This document shows positions 1-9,199 of a stretch of DNA of 64,000 nucleotides, piece after piece. The stretch spans positions 2,006 to 66,005 of the forward strand of contig DASRZN010000196.1 in NCBI GenBank assembly GCA_035686325.1, written 5' to 3'. The position numbers were made by a program, and so were the translations under genes. Within the stretch, counting starts at the first letter, position 1. Every line of letters starts with the position of its first letter. The stretch is from Lysobacteraceae bacterium (GTDB lineage Bacteria; Pseudomonadota; Gammaproteobacteria; Xanthomonadales; Xanthomonadaceae). Under the pieces are notes generated by a model, which saw only the letters and a list, made by a program, of their open reading frames with translations, was not told the DNA's origin and ran no database searches.

Positions 1-2
1 TG

Positions 3-650
3 TTGCAACGCCTGTTCGCCGAGGGCGTGGTGCTGGTGACCAGTTCCAACACCGCGCCCGCCAACCTGTACGCCGGCGGCCTGCAGCGCGCGCGGTTCCT
101 GCCGGCGATCGCGTTGCTGCAGCGGCACTGCACCGTGCTGCACCTGGACAGCCCGCAGGACTACCGGCTGCGTACGCTGACCCGCTCGCCGGTCTATCGC
201 GCGCCGCTGGACGCGCAGTCGGACGCGTGGCTGGCGGCGCGCTGGCGCGAGCTGTCCGCCGGCTGCACCCCGCTGCCGCCGCCGCTGGTCATCGACGGCC
301 GGGCCATCGCGGCGCGCGCGCTGGCCGATGGCATCGCCTGGTTCGACTTCGACGCGCTGTGCGAAGGCCCGCGCGGCAGCGGCGACTACATCGAAGTCGC
401 CCGCGAGTTCCACACCGTGCTGCTCGGCGGCATTCCGCGCTTCGACGCCCGCCGCGACGACGCCGCGCGCCGCTTCGTGCACCTGGTCGACGAGCTGTAC
501 GACCGCCACGTCAACCTGGTCTGCACCGCCGATGCGCCGCCGCCGTCGCTGTACGCCGGTGAGCGGCTGGCGGGCGCGTTCGAGCGCACCGCGTCGCGGC
601 TGATCGAGATGCGGTCGGAGGACTACCTCGCGATGGAGCATCGCGGCTGA
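3..650 (+). CDS. zapE: Cell division protein ZapE / AFG1-family ATPase, C-terminal part (5' end lies upstream of the window)
   Basis: The frame is open from the window edge. The translated C-terminal region resembles AFG1/ZapE family proteins. GC3 is high, and a hairpin terminator follows. Confidence 0.75.
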   Translation: MQRLFAEGVVLVTSSNTAPANLYAGGLQRARFLPAIALLQRHCTVLHLDSPQDYRLRTLTRSPVYRAPLDAQSDAWLAARWRELSAGCTPLPPPLVIDGRAIAARALADGIAWFDFDALCEGPRGSGDYIEVAREFHTVLLGGIPRFDARRDDAARRFVHLVDELYDRHVNLVCTADAPPPSLYAGERLAGAFERTASRLIEMRSEDYLAMEHRG

Positions 651-675
651 CAAATCCGCGCGATGGGACGAAGGA

Positions 676-701
676 AAAGGCGGAGCCGAGGCTCCGCCTT
701 T
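676..701 (+). terminator. Hairpin terminator between zapE and the convergent KGG gene array
   Basis: aaaggcggagc-cgag-gctccgccttt forms an 11-bp stem. It is flanked by an A-rich stretch 5' and a T-rich stretch (tcgcgcttt) 3', so it could act in both directions. Confidence 0.6.
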
Positions 702-772
702 CGCGCTTTCCCGGGCTGCGCCCGCATTCCCGGCGTCGCTTGGCAACCAAGCCGTGATGGCGCAGGGGATGG

Positions 773-1069
773 TCAGCGGTTGGACGAGGAACCGCCCTCG
801 GCCTGCTTGCCCTTCTCGACCAGCTCGCTCACCCGCTGCCCGCCCTTCTGGCCGAGCTCGGAATAGCCCTCCGGGCCCAGCTGCTGCTTGCGCGCCTCGC
901 CTCCCATCTTGCCGAGCTCTGAATAGCCCTCCGGGCCCAGCTGCTCGCGGCGCGCCTCGCCGCCCATCTGGCCGGCTTCGCGCACGCTCATGTCGCCGCC
1001 GCTGCCGCTCGCGTTGCGGCCGCCGGCGTTGCCCTGGTTGCGGTTGTTGTCGTTGCTGTTGGTCGGCAT
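773..1069 (-). CDS. KGG-repeat general stress protein (YciG/GsiB-like hydrophilin), paralog 1
   Basis: 98 aa, Gly/Gln/Glu/Arg/Asn-rich. Contains MSVREAGQMGGEA and repeated EQLGPEGYSELGK(M/K)GG units. SD aggaga lies upstream of the ATG at 1069. Confidence 0.85.
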   Translation of the reverse strand: MPTNSNDNNRNQGNAGGRNASGSGGDMSVREAGQMGGEARREQLGPEGYSELGKMGGEARKQQLGPEGYSELGQKGGQRVSELVEKGKQAEGGSSSNR

Positions 1070-1103
1070 GGTCTGTCTCCTGTCGTGGGGGAATGACGCG
1101 GGA

Positions 1104-1301
1104 TCAGCGGTTGCGGCCGCTGCCGCCGCGCTCGGATTGCTTGCCCTGCTGCACCAGCTCGCGTTCGCGCTGGCCGCCCATCCGGCCGGCCTCGCGCACG
1201 CTCATGCCGCCTTCGCGGCCGCCGGCGTTGCGGGTGCTGTTGTCGTTGTTGCGGCTGCCGCCGCGGTTGCCGTCGTCCTGTTTGTTCTTGCCGGTGGGCA
1301 T
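1104..1301 (-). CDS. KGG-repeat general stress protein, paralog 2
   Basis: Only the last 65 aa of track ORF 1104..1853 are used (MPTGKNKQDDGN...MSVREAGRMGGQ...). ATG at 1301 is preceded by aggagg. Confidence 0.8.
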   Translation of the reverse strand: MPTGKNKQDDGNRGGSRNNDNSTRNAGGREGGMSVREAGRMGGQRERELVQQGKQSERGGSGRNR

Positions 1302-1324
1302 GGGGGTCCTCCTGGGATGCGGTG

Positions 1325-1555
1325 TCAGTTGTCGCCTTGGCTGCGGCCGCCCTCGGCCTGCTTGCCCTTCTCGATCAGCTCGCTGACGCGCTGGCCACCC
1401 TTCTCGCCGCCCTGCTGGCCGATCTGTTCGTAGAACTCGCGGCCGTGCGACGCGGACGTCGCCTCGCCGCCGCGCTGGCCGGCCTCGCGCACGCTCATGC
1501 CGCCGGACTGGTCGCGGTTGCCGCGGTTCTGGTTGTCGCGGTTGTTGTTCGCCAT
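1325..1555 (-). CDS. KGG-repeat general stress protein, paralog 3
   Basis: 76 aa with MSVREAGQRGGEA and QIGQQGGEKGGQ motifs. SD aggagg lies upstream of the ATG at 1555. Confidence 0.85.
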   Translation of the reverse strand: MANNNRDNQNRGNRDQSGGMSVREAGQRGGEATSASHGREFYEQIGQQGGEKGGQRVSELIEKGKQAEGGRSQGDN

Positions 1556-1588
1556 GGATGCCTCCTGTGTATGTGCTGATCGCGGGTG

Positions 1589-1846
1589 TCAGCGGTCGCC
1601 TTCGGCGGCCTGCTTGCCCTGTGCGATCAGGTCGCGAACGCGCTGCCCGCCGATCTCGCCGCCCTTCTGGCCGATCTGCTGGTAGAAGCCGCTGCCGTGC
1701 GCGGCGGCGGTGGCCTCGCCGCCCTTGCGGCCGAGTTGCGCATAGCCTTCGGGGCCGAGCTGCGCGCGGCGGGCCTCGCCGCCCTTGCGACCGGCTTCGC
1801 GCACGCTCATCTCGCCGTTGCCGCCGGACCGGATGTTGTTCGCCAT
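1589..1846 (-). CDS. KGG-repeat general stress protein, paralog 4
   Basis: 85 aa with MSVREAGRKGGEA, QLGRKGGEA and QIGQKGGE motifs. SD aggaga lies upstream of the ATG at 1846. Confidence 0.85.
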   Translation of the reverse strand: MANNIRSGGNGEMSVREAGRKGGEARRAQLGPEGYAQLGRKGGEATAAAHGSGFYQQIGQKGGEIGGQRVRDLIAQGKQAAEGDR

Positions 1847-1903
1847 CGCTCATCTCCTGGTTGGGGAAACCTCGCCGCAGCGCGGGACGGAAGGAGCGAC
1901 GCG

Positions 1904-2107
1904 CTAGGTGCGCTGCTTGCCCTTCTCGACCAGCTCGCTCACGCGCTGACCGCCCTTGTGGCCGGCCTCGCGCACGCTCATGCTGCCGCTGCCGCTGCCT
2001 TGGCTGCGCGCGCCGCCACCGGAGGACGCCTGCTTGCCGCTGCCCTGGTTGCCGCGGCCACCCTGGTTGTTGCCGCGGCTGCCGCTGCTGTCATTGTTCC
2101 TGGCCAT
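1904..2107 (-). CDS. KGG-repeat general stress protein, paralog 5
   Basis: 67 aa, Gly/Ser/Asn-rich, with MSVREAGHKGGQRVSELVEKGKQ. SD aaggag lies upstream of the ATG at 2107. Confidence 0.8.
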   Translation of the reverse strand: MARNNDSSGSRGNNQGGRGNQGSGKQASSGGGARSQGSGSGSMSVREAGHKGGQRVSELVEKGKQRT

Positions 2108-2219
2108 CGTGTGCTCCTTACAGTGGGGGTAATGCCGCGCGAGGCGCGTCCTGCACCGCGGTGGCGGGTGGCCCGTATCCGGGCCGCACCGCGCGTCCTG
2201 CGCGGGAACGGGGAACGCG

Positions 2220-2426
2220 CTACTCGACCTCGCCGTAGGCCTTCATCACGTCCTGCGGGCCGCCGTACTCGTCGCGGTCGAAGCGCTGGATCGTCTCCAT
2301 CACCTCGTCCGGGGCGTCGTTGCGGCGGGCGCAGTCCATCAGCGCCTGCTTGCTGGTCGGGTACTCCACGCCTTTCAGGTAGAACTGCACGTTCGCGGGC
2401 GAATTGCCGCCGAGACCTCTGGTCAT
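2220..2426 (-). CDS. DUF2795-family small protein
   Basis: Last 68 aa of track ORF 2220..2996 (MTRGLGGNSPANVQFYLKGVEYPTSKQALMDCARRNDAPDEVMETIQRF...). This matches my recollection of the DUF2795 signature. SD ggagg lies upstream of the ATG at 2426. Confidence 0.75.
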   Translation of the reverse strand: MTRGLGGNSPANVQFYLKGVEYPTSKQALMDCARRNDAPDEVMETIQRFDRDEYGGPQDVMKAYGEVE

Positions 2427-2476
2427 GTCTGCCTCCAGGCACCGGCCGCGCGGAACGCGACCGGCGCTCCCGGGAA

Positions 2477-2794
2477 TCAGGAATTGCGGCCTTCCGACTG
2501 CTTGCCCTTCTCGACCAGGTCGCTCACCCGCTGGCCGCCCTTCTGGCCCAGCTCGGAATAGCCTTCCGGCCCCAGCTGCTGCTTGCGGGCCTCGCCGCCT
2601 TCGCGGCCGATCTCGGACATCGCGTCCGGACCGCGCTGTTCGCGCAACGCTTCCACGCCCTGCTGGCCGAGCTCGGAATAGCCCTCCGGCCCCAGCTGCT
2701 GCTTGCGGGTCTCGCCGCCCATCTGGCCGGCCTCGCGCACGCTCATGTCGCCGCTGCGGCCACCCTGGTTCTGGTTGCGATCGTTGGTTGCCAT
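2477..2794 (-). CDS. KGG-repeat general stress protein, paralog 6 (first gene of the array)
   Basis: Internal Met 72 of track ORF 2477..3007 (MATNDRNQNQGG...MSVREAGQMGGE...QQLGPEGYSELGQKGGQ). The ATG at 2794 is preceded by aggagg. The upstream part of the ORF is Arg/Pro-rich shadow. Confidence 0.85.
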   Translation of the reverse strand: MATNDRNQNQGGRSGDMSVREAGQMGGETRKQQLGPEGYSELGQQGVEALREQRGPDAMSEIGREGGEARKQQLGPEGYSELGQKGGQRVSDLVEKGKQSEGRNS

Positions 2795-3266
2795 CAAGTA
2801 CCTCCTTTCGTCCGTTGCCGTGCTTCCGGTGAAGCGATGCGTCGTCGCATCGTCTGGCCGCAGCCCGTGCGGGCCCATCGCGGGCGCGACGGATCGCGAC
2901 GGAAAGACGGGTCGCAAAACCTGTGCCAAGCCCGTCGCAGGCGCGCGGTGGCCGCGCAGGCGCAGCGCACGCACGCGCAGGCGCGCACGGCGCCATGGGC
3001 TACGCACGCGCGCGTGCGCAAGGACGCCACGTGTTGCGAAGGCGTCGCGATCGACGCCGGCGACGCATGCAGCATGGAAACGGAATGCGCGCGGGCGCGC
3101 GCGGATACGCCGGTTCAGCGGCGAGGGCGCTGCTTACGCGCGAGTCAGGCGCGCGCGCTCACCGCTGCGCGCGGCGCAGCCTCGCGGGCGGCCCGCACTC
3201 GCAGGGCACCGGAAAAAACCTGCGTGCGCGAAGCAAAAGTTTCGCCGGGCGGCGCGAGGCGCGACC

Positions 3267-4595
3267 TCAGCCGCGCGACCGCGCGCGGGTGCGCAGTGCC
3301 GCGTACACCACGCCGAGCACCGCCAGCGCGATCGCGATCGCCGCCCACTCGCGTCCGCTCAGCGTGGTGACGATCAGGCCCATCGCGGCGATCGCCAGCA
3401 GCGGCACCAGCGGCCCGCCCGGCAGCACGAAGGGCGCGCCGCGTTCCTGCACGCCGCGCCGTTGCGCGCGCCACGCGGCGAGGCTGACCAGCACGTAGGT
3501 CAGGCAGATCGCGCCGCCGGAGATCAGCGCCAGCTGGTCGAAGTTGCCGAGCAGCGCCATCAGCCAGCCGAGCCCGGCGTGCACCGCCAGCGCCAGCAGC
3601 GGTACCCGGTGCTTCACGCTGACCCCGGCGAACGCGCGCGGCAGATAACCGTCGCGGCCGAGCGCGAACAGCAGCCGCGAGGAACCGAGCAGGTTGCCGA
3701 GCAGGAAGCCGGTCATCGACACGCAGGCGGTGAGCAGCAGCAGCGTGCCCCCGGGCGCCCACACCCGGCCGGCGGCCTCGGCCAGCGGCACCTGGCTGGC
3801 GCCGGCGGCGGCCGGGCCGAGCAGGCCCTGGGTCGCGATCTGCACGCCGAGGTACAGCAGCACCACCAGCACGATCGCCACGAGCGCGGCGCGGGGCACG
3901 CTGCGCGAGGGATCCTGCACTTCGCCCGAGGGCACCAGCGCGGTCTCCATGCCCGAGTAGGCGAACATCACCAGCACCATCGATGCGCCCATCGCCGACC
4001 ACGATGGCACCGCCGCCGGCGAGAAGCTGACCAGCGACCAGTCGACCAGGAACACGCCGGCGGCCGCCAGCGCCACCAGCGGTGCCAGCTTGAGCCCGGC
4101 CAGCGTCGCGATCGCGCGCGCGCCGAGCTTCACCCCGAACGCATTCAGCGCGAACAGCGCCAGCGCGACCACGGTCAGGAAGCCCGCGCGCGGCAGCGGC
4201 GCGGCCAGCGCCGGCCACAGGTTGGCGGCCTGGCCGGCGAGTGCGGCGCCGACGCCGGCGTTCGACGTCACGTTGCTGATCCACATCAGCGCGCCGGCGA
4301 GGAAGCCGAGGAAGGGGCCGAAGGTCGCGGTGACGTAGCTGTACGGGCCGCCGGTGGCGACGACCCGGCTGCCGACCGCGGCGAAGCACAGCGCGATCGG
4401 GATGATCGCCAGCGCGCCGGCGACCAGCGCCAGCGGCGCCGCCGCGCCCATCCGCGCCGCCAGCACGCCCGGCATCTGGAACACGCCGGCGCCGACGATC
4501 ACGTTGATCACCGCGGCGGTGAGCGCGAACGCGCCGACCGCGCGCAGCAGCGCGGCCTCGCCGCGCAGGGTGGAAGGTGCGTGGGCGTCGTTCAT
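3267..4595 (-). CDS. Amino acid permease (APC superfamily)
   Basis: 442 aa from MNDAHAPSTLRGEAALLRAVGAF..., with about 12 hydrophobic segments and APC-like motifs (GAGVF, GFLAGALMW). The 107 aa upstream in the track ORF are Arg/Pro-rich and overlap the divergent gene. Confidence 0.85.
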   Translation of the reverse strand: MNDAHAPSTLRGEAALLRAVGAFALTAAVINVIVGAGVFQMPGVLAARMGAAAPLALVAGALAIIPIALCFAAVGSRVVATGGPYSYVTATFGPFLGFLAGALMWISNVTSNAGVGAALAGQAANLWPALAAPLPRAGFLTVVALALFALNAFGVKLGARAIATLAGLKLAPLVALAAAGVFLVDWSLVSFSPAAVPSWSAMGASMVLVMFAYSGMETALVPSGEVQDPSRSVPRAALVAIVLVVLLYLGVQIATQGLLGPAAAGASQVPLAEAAGRVWAPGGTLLLLTACVSMTGFLLGNLLGSSRLLFALGRDGYLPRAFAGVSVKHRVPLLALAVHAGLGWLMALLGNFDQLALISGGAICLTYVLVSLAAWRAQRRGVQERGAPFVLPGGPLVPLLAIAAMGLIVTTLSGREWAAIAIALAVLGVVYAALRTRARSRG

Positions 4596-4684
4596 GGGCG
4601 GGTCCCCGGCAACGAAGCCGCGAGCCTCGCACGGGCGGCCACCGGATGGCGAGGGGGCGGTACCATCCGCGCGTTCATGAGGAG

Positions 4685-6031
4685 ATGCCGATGCGTCCGA
4701 TCGCCCTGTCCGTGCTCGCCGCCAGCCTGCTGGCCCTTTCCGTGCCGGCCCCCGCGGCGCGGGCCGCCGACGCCGTGCAGCGGCCCGAGGTCGCCGTCGC
4801 GGCGCAGCGCGAGCGCGACGCGGTCCTCGCCTGGCGTCGCGACCTGCACCGGCACCCCGAGCTGTCCAACCGCGAGGAGCGGACCGCCAAGCTGGTCGCC
4901 GACCACCTGCGGGCACTCGGCCTGCGCCCGCGCACCGGCATCGCCCACCACGGCGTCACCGCGATCATCGAGGGCGCACTGCCGGGACCGAAGCTCGCGC
5001 TGCGCGCCGACATGGACGCGCTGCCGGTGACCGAGCAGACCGGGCTGCCGTTCGCGTCGACGGTGAAGACGCAGTTCAACGGCCAGGAAACCGGCGTCAT
5101 GCACGCCTGCGGCCACGACGCGCACACCGCGATCCTGCTCGGCGTCGCCGACGCACTGGTGGCGATGCGCGAGCAGCTGCCCGGTTCGGTGATGCTGGTG
5201 TTCCAGCCGTCCGAGGAAGGCGCGCCAGCCGGCGAGGAGGGCGGCGCGTCGCTGATGCTGGAAGAAGGCCTGTTCAAGGACTTCAAGCCGGACGCGATGT
5301 TCGGCCTGCACGTGTTCTCGACCCTGCCGGCCGGCACGATCGGCGTGCGCCGGGGACCGCTGATGGCGGCGTCGGACAAGTTCACGATCAGCGTGCGCGG
5401 GCGCCAGACGCATGGTTCCGCGCCGTGGGGCGGGATCGACCCGATCGTCGCCGCCGCCGACATCGTCGGCACCGCGCAGACCATCGTCAGCCGCCGCACG
5501 AACATCGCCGCGCTGCCGGCGGTGGTGACCTTCGGTTCGATCCACGGCGGCATCCGCTACAACATCATCCCCGACGAGGTGACCCTGGTCGGCACGATCC
5601 GCACCTTCGACGAAGCGCAGCGCGCGAAGATCTTCGGCGAGCTGAAGGACGTCGCCAGCCACGTCGCCGCCGCGCACGGCGCCAGCGTGGACGCGCAGGT
5701 GCCCGACCGCGCCGGCAACCCGGTGACCTACAACGACCCGGCGCTGACCGCGCGCATGCGGCCGAGCCTGGAAGCGGTCGCCGGCAGGGACAAGGTGGTC
5801 GAGCCGCCGCTGCAGATGGGCGCGGAAGACTTTTCGTTCTACGCGAAGGAAGTGCCGGCGATGTTCTTCTTCGTCGGCGCGACCACGCCCGGCATCGATC
5901 CCGCCACCGCGCCGAGCAACCATTCACCGAAGTTCATGCTCGACGAGTCCGCGCTCGACCTCGGCCTGCGCGCGATGTTGCAGGCCACCCTGGATTACCT
6001 GCACGGCGACGATGCCGCGGAGCAGGACTGA
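4685..6031 (+). CDS. M20D-family amidohydrolase (N-acyl-amino acid amidohydrolase / hippurate hydrolase-like), secreted
   Basis: Signal peptide [28 protein letters not shown]20 motifs are present ([30 protein letters not shown]-like NHSPKF). An alternative ATG lies at 4691. Confidence 0.85.
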   Translation: MPMRPIALSVLAASLLALSVPAPAARAADAVQRPEVAVAAQRERDAVLAWRRDLHRHPELSNREERTAKLVADHLRALGLRPRTGIAHHGVTAIIEGALPGPKLALRADMDALPVTEQTGLPFASTVKTQFNGQETGVMHACGHDAHTAILLGVADALVAMREQLPGSVMLVFQPSEEGAPAGEEGGASLMLEEGLFKDFKPDAMFGLHVFSTLPAGTIGVRRGPLMAASDKFTISVRGRQTHGSAPWGGIDPIVAAADIVGTAQTIVSRRTNIAALPAVVTFGSIHGGIRYNIIPDEVTLVGTIRTFDEAQRAKIFGELKDVASHVAAAHGASVDAQVPDRAGNPVTYNDPALTARMRPSLEAVAGRDKVVEPPLQMGAEDFSFYAKEVPAMFFFVGATTPGIDPATAPSNHSPKFMLDESALDLGLRAMLQATLDYLHGDDAAEQD

Positions 6032-6839
6032 CGTGGATCCCCAGGCGCTCCCGCTCGGCCGCCAGGTCGCCTACCCGCGCCACTACGACCCGGCGCTGCT
6101 GTACCCGATCGCGCGCGCGCTCGGCCGCGCGGAGATCGGCCTCGGCGACACGCTGCCCTTCGTCGGCGTCGATCGCTGGTACGGCTACGAACTGAGCTGG
6201 CTGGACGCGCGCGGCAAGCCGGTGGTGGCGACGCTGACGCTGGAAGTGCCGGCGACCACGCCGCAGCTGGTCGAATCGAAGTCGCTCAAGCTCTACCTCA
6301 ACTCCTTCAACGCGACCCGCTTCGACGACGCCGACGCGGTCCTCGCGCGGATCAGCGAGGATCTGTCGCGCGCCGCCGGCCGCGCGGTCGCGGCGCGCTT
6401 CGGCATTCCCGCCGCGCAGGCGCACGACGACGCGACCTGCATCGACGACCTCGACGTGACGGTCGACGCCTACGGCCCGCCCGACGCCACCCTGCTGTCC
6501 GCGCACGCCGACGAAGCGGAGGAAACCCTGCTCAGCCACCTGCTCAAGTCGAACTGCCCGGTCACCGGCCAGCCGGACTGGGCCAGCCTGCGGATCGCCT
6601 ACCGCGGGCCGCGCATCGATCGCGCCGGACTGCTGCGCTACATCGCGTCCTTCCGCGACCACTGCGAGTTCCACGAGCAGTGCGTCGAGCGCGTCTTCGT
6701 CGACGTCATGGCGCGTTGCCGGCCGCGCTCGCTGTCGGTGGAGGCGCGCTACACCCGCCGCGGCGGGCTGGACATCAATCCCTGGCGCGGCACGCCCGAC
6801 CGCGCGCCGCCGCCGCCCGCGCGTGAGCTGCGCCAGTAG
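6012..6839 (+). CDS. queF: NADPH-dependent 7-cyano-7-deazaguanine reductase (two-domain YqcD-type QueF)
   Basis: QueF motifs are present: [11 protein letters not shown] and [11 protein letters not shown]. Length is about 270 aa. An in-frame GTG at 6033, just after the upstream stop, is an alternative start. Confidence 0.9.
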   Translation: MPRSRTDVDPQALPLGRQVAYPRHYDPALLYPIARALGRAEIGLGDTLPFVGVDRWYGYELSWLDARGKPVVATLTLEVPATTPQLVESKSLKLYLNSFNATRFDDADAVLARISEDLSRAAGRAVAARFGIPAAQAHDDATCIDDLDVTVDAYGPPDATLLSAHADEAEETLLSHLLKSNCPVTGQPDWASLRIAYRGPRIDRAGLLRYIASFRDHCEFHEQCVERVFVDVMARCRPRSLSVEARYTRRGGLDINPWRGTPDRAPPPPARELRQ

Positions 6840-6901
6840 CGACGATGCCCCCTTGACGCGGGCCGTGGGAGCCTGCGCCGGCCCCACGCGAGGATTTCCC
6901 C

Positions 6902-7264
6902 ATGGCCACGCAATCGCAAGATCCCGGCAACCTTCGCCTGCAGCCCAGTCGCGGCGGCGGCGATGCGCCGCGCCCCGACTTCTCCAACGTGCGGTCGCAC
7001 AGCGACACCGTGCCGGGCAACAGCCCGACCGGCGCCGGCGCGCCCGACTTCTCCAACGTCGAAGGCCATGCCGACACCGTGCCGGCCGGCGCCCGCGCGC
7101 GCACCTACACCGTGCAGGCCGGCGACACCCTGTCGCACATCGCCCAGCGCGTGTACGGCAAGGCCAGCCGCTGGCACGCGATCTTCGACGCCAACCGCGA
7201 CCAGCTCGACGATCCCGACCTGATCCGTCCGGGCCAGGTCCTCACCCTTCCCGACACGGACTGA
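6902..7264 (+). CDS. LysM peptidoglycan-binding domain protein
   Basis: C-terminal LysM domain (YTVQAGDTLSHIAQRVYGKASRWHAIFDANRDQLDDPDLIRPGQVLTLP). The N-terminus carries two PDFSNV..H.DTVP repeats. Confidence 0.85.
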   Translation: MATQSQDPGNLRLQPSRGGGDAPRPDFSNVRSHSDTVPGNSPTGAGAPDFSNVEGHADTVPAGARARTYTVQAGDTLSHIAQRVYGKASRWHAIFDANRDQLDDPDLIRPGQVLTLPDTD

Positions 7265-7278
7265 CCCAGGAGCTTCCC

Positions 7279-7797
7279 ATGGCACGCATGCTTTCCACCG
7301 CACTCGCCGCCGCGCTGGTCGGCGCGCTCGCGCTCGCCGGCTGCAAGAAGCACGACAACGCCGACACCGCGGCCGACACCGCCAACGCGCCCGCCGCGAC
7401 CACCCCGGACGCCGCGCCCCCGGCGGCGACCGCGCCGGCCGCGGGACCGATGGCGACCACCACCCCGCCGGCGACCTCGCCGATCCTCACCGGGCTCGAC
7501 CTCGGCAACGCGGTCGGTACCGACAACCGGGTGACCAGCGCCAGCACCCGCTTCGCCAAGGGCGACACCATCCACGCCTCCATCGCCACCAACGGCGACA
7601 AGGCGGCGACCGTCACCACCCGCTGGACCTACCAGGACGGCCAGGTCGTGCATGAGGAGGACAAGTCGATCCCGGCCGGCGCCCAGGTCACCGACTTCAG
7701 CATCTCCAAGCCCGACGGCTGGCCGGCCGGCGACTACAAGGTCGAGGTGCTGATCGACGGCAACCTGGTGCAGAGCCGGGACTTCAGCGTGCAGTAA
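7279..7797 (+). CDS. Lipoprotein of unknown function
   Basis: Starts MARMLSTALAAALVGALALAGC (lipobox LAGC), followed by an Ala/Pro/Thr-rich linker and a beta-rich C-terminal domain. Only the 3' third of track ORF 6823..7797 is used. Confidence 0.75.
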   Translation: MARMLSTALAAALVGALALAGCKKHDNADTAADTANAPAATTPDAAPPAATAPAAGPMATTTPPATSPILTGLDLGNAVGTDNRVTSASTRFAKGDTIHASIATNGDKAATVTTRWTYQDGQVVHEEDKSIPAGAQVTDFSISKPDGWPAGDYKVEVLIDGNLVQSRDFSVQ

Positions 7798-7897
7798 CCG
7801 CGCGCCTGCGTGGAAGCAATGGGAGGGGCGCGGCGATGCGCCCCTCTTTGTTGTCGTGGGAATTGCTCCGGTGACGGATCTGGCGCGCGGCGAACGC

Positions 7898-7920
7898 GAG
7901 CGGAGCCAGCTCCGCTCTAC
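7898..7920. repeat. REP-like palindromic element copy (gagcggagcCagctccgctctac)
   Basis: One mismatch to the 23-nt unit also seen at 44635..44655 and 60973..60995. It overlaps the stop codon of the adjacent minus-strand gene. Confidence 0.7.
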
Positions 7921-8531
7921 GGCGGCGCGGCGCGTTCGCTCCGCCAGACCAGGCAGGCGTTGTTGGCCGGCATCGCGACGTCGCCGGTTCGCGCCAGGCC
8001 GGCCGCGCGCGCCAGCGCGTCCAGCGCTTCCACGTCGCGCACGCCCGAACGCGGATCGCGCGCGCGCAGCCAGGCGTCGAACTCGCGGTTGCTGTCGCTG
8101 GTGTGCGCGCCGCCACGCCTGAACGGGCCGTAGGCGACCAGCACGCCGTCGTCGGCGAGCGCCGCGCCGACCCCGGCGAAGCAGCGTTCGACTTCCTGCC
8201 AGCCCATGATGTGCAGGGTGTTGGCGGTGAATACCGCGTCGCAGCGCAGCGGCGGCCACGCTTCACGCACGTCCAGTTCCAGTGGCGGCGGCGTGTTGGG
8301 CAGCGCGCTCTCGTCCAGCCACTGGCGGATGCCGGGCAGGTTCGCGGCGACGTCCGAGCACTGCCAGGCCAGCCACGGCATCGCCGCTGCGAAGTACACC
8401 GCGTGCTGGCCGGTGCCGCTGCCGATCTCGAGCACCGCGCGGCGATCGGCGAAGCGGTCCCGCAGCACCGCCAGGATCGGTTCCCGGTTGCGCTCGCAGG
8501 CGGGGGCGAAGGGCTTGTCGGCCGCGTCCAT
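7917..8531 (-). CDS. SAM-dependent methyltransferase, DUF938 family
   Basis: Last 204 aa of the 1267-aa shadow ORF 7917..11720 (MDAADKPFAPACERNREPILAVL...VLEIGSGTGQHAVYFA...). Glycine-rich SAM motif I is present. Confidence 0.8.
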   Translation of the reverse strand: MDAADKPFAPACERNREPILAVLRDRFADRRAVLEIGSGTGQHAVYFAAAMPWLAWQCSDVAANLPGIRQWLDESALPNTPPPLELDVREAWPPLRCDAVFTANTLHIMGWQEVERCFAGVGAALADDGVLVAYGPFRRGGAHTSDSNREFDAWLRARDPRSGVRDVEALDALARAAGLARTGDVAMPANNACLVWRSERAAPP

Positions 8532-8569
8532 GCGCGCAGCATGCCGCCGTCGCGGCGACGGTGCACGTG

Positions 8570-9094
8570 CTAGCCGGCGGCTGGTGCGTCCTCCCGCGCC
8601 GCGCGCCGGTAGATGCCGACGAACACCGCGCGCCAGCTGGCGCCGTCGTCGTCCGACACGTCCCAGCGCTGGGTGATGCTGCCGTCGGCGGCCGGCGTCC
8701 AGGTGATGCGCTGGCGCTGCGGTCCGTGCTCGCCGGCCAGCACCCCCTGCATTTCCATCACCCCGTCGCGCAGGCCGCCTTCCAGGCGCAGCACCATGCC
8801 GTCGCCGCCCACCCAGAACTGGCGCCAGCGCCCGTCCGGCGCGTCCCAGGCGTTGAGGCTGGTGCCGTCGTTGCCCTGCGCGCTGCGCCAATGCTCCTGC
8901 AGCCAGCAACCGCCGCCTCCGGCCACGATCCGGTTGTGGCCGAGCAGCGCGCCGCGCGGGCTGCGCACTTCCCAGTCGCCGAGCCAGAAGTCGAACTGGC
9001 GGTGTTCGGCGGCGGCGCACGCCGGTGGCGGCGGTGGCGCGGGCGACGCCCCGGCGGTGCCGGCGGCTGCGAGCAACAGGGCGAGCGGCGACAT
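8570..9094 (-). CDS. Secreted hypothetical protein
   Basis: 174 aa with an N-terminal signal-like segment (MSPLALLLAAAGTAGA) and high GC3. I cannot name the family with confidence. Confidence 0.6.
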   Translation of the reverse strand: MSPLALLLAAAGTAGASPAPPPPPACAAAEHRQFDFWLGDWEVRSPRGALLGHNRIVAGGGGCWLQEHWRSAQGNDGTSLNAWDAPDGRWRQFWVGGDGMVLRLEGGLRDGVMEMQGVLAGEHGPQRQRITWTPAADGSITQRWDVSDDDGASWRAVFVGIYRRAAREDAPAAG

Positions 9095-9199
9095 GAGGGC
9101 CTCCGACGAATGTCCGGGTTCGTGCGCATCCTGCCGCCGCGCCGGCCGTGGCGCTGTGCCGCAACTGGCGGCGCGCCTTGCCGCCCGCCGGTCGCGCGG

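Noticed and set aside
1104-1853. 249-aa ORF covering three KGG genes
   Set aside because: It reads the neighbouring KGG genes out of frame (Arg/Pro-rich). Only the terminal 65 codons, preceded by aggagg, match the KGG family.
773-2794. Possible CRISPR-like or tandem DNA repeat, because cgcgcacgctcat recurs six times
   Set aside because: The spacing is irregular (about 210-770 nt). The repeat lies inside ORFs and encodes the conserved MSVREAG peptide. It reflects paralogous genes, not a CRISPR or satellite array.
2795-3266. ORFs 2794..3075 (-) and 2923..3498 (+) in the 470-bp gap upstream of the KGG array
   Set aside because: Neither has an SD, both have Arg/Ala-rich composition, and they overlap each other and the permease 3' end. 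The region is treated as non-coding promoter/leader DNA.
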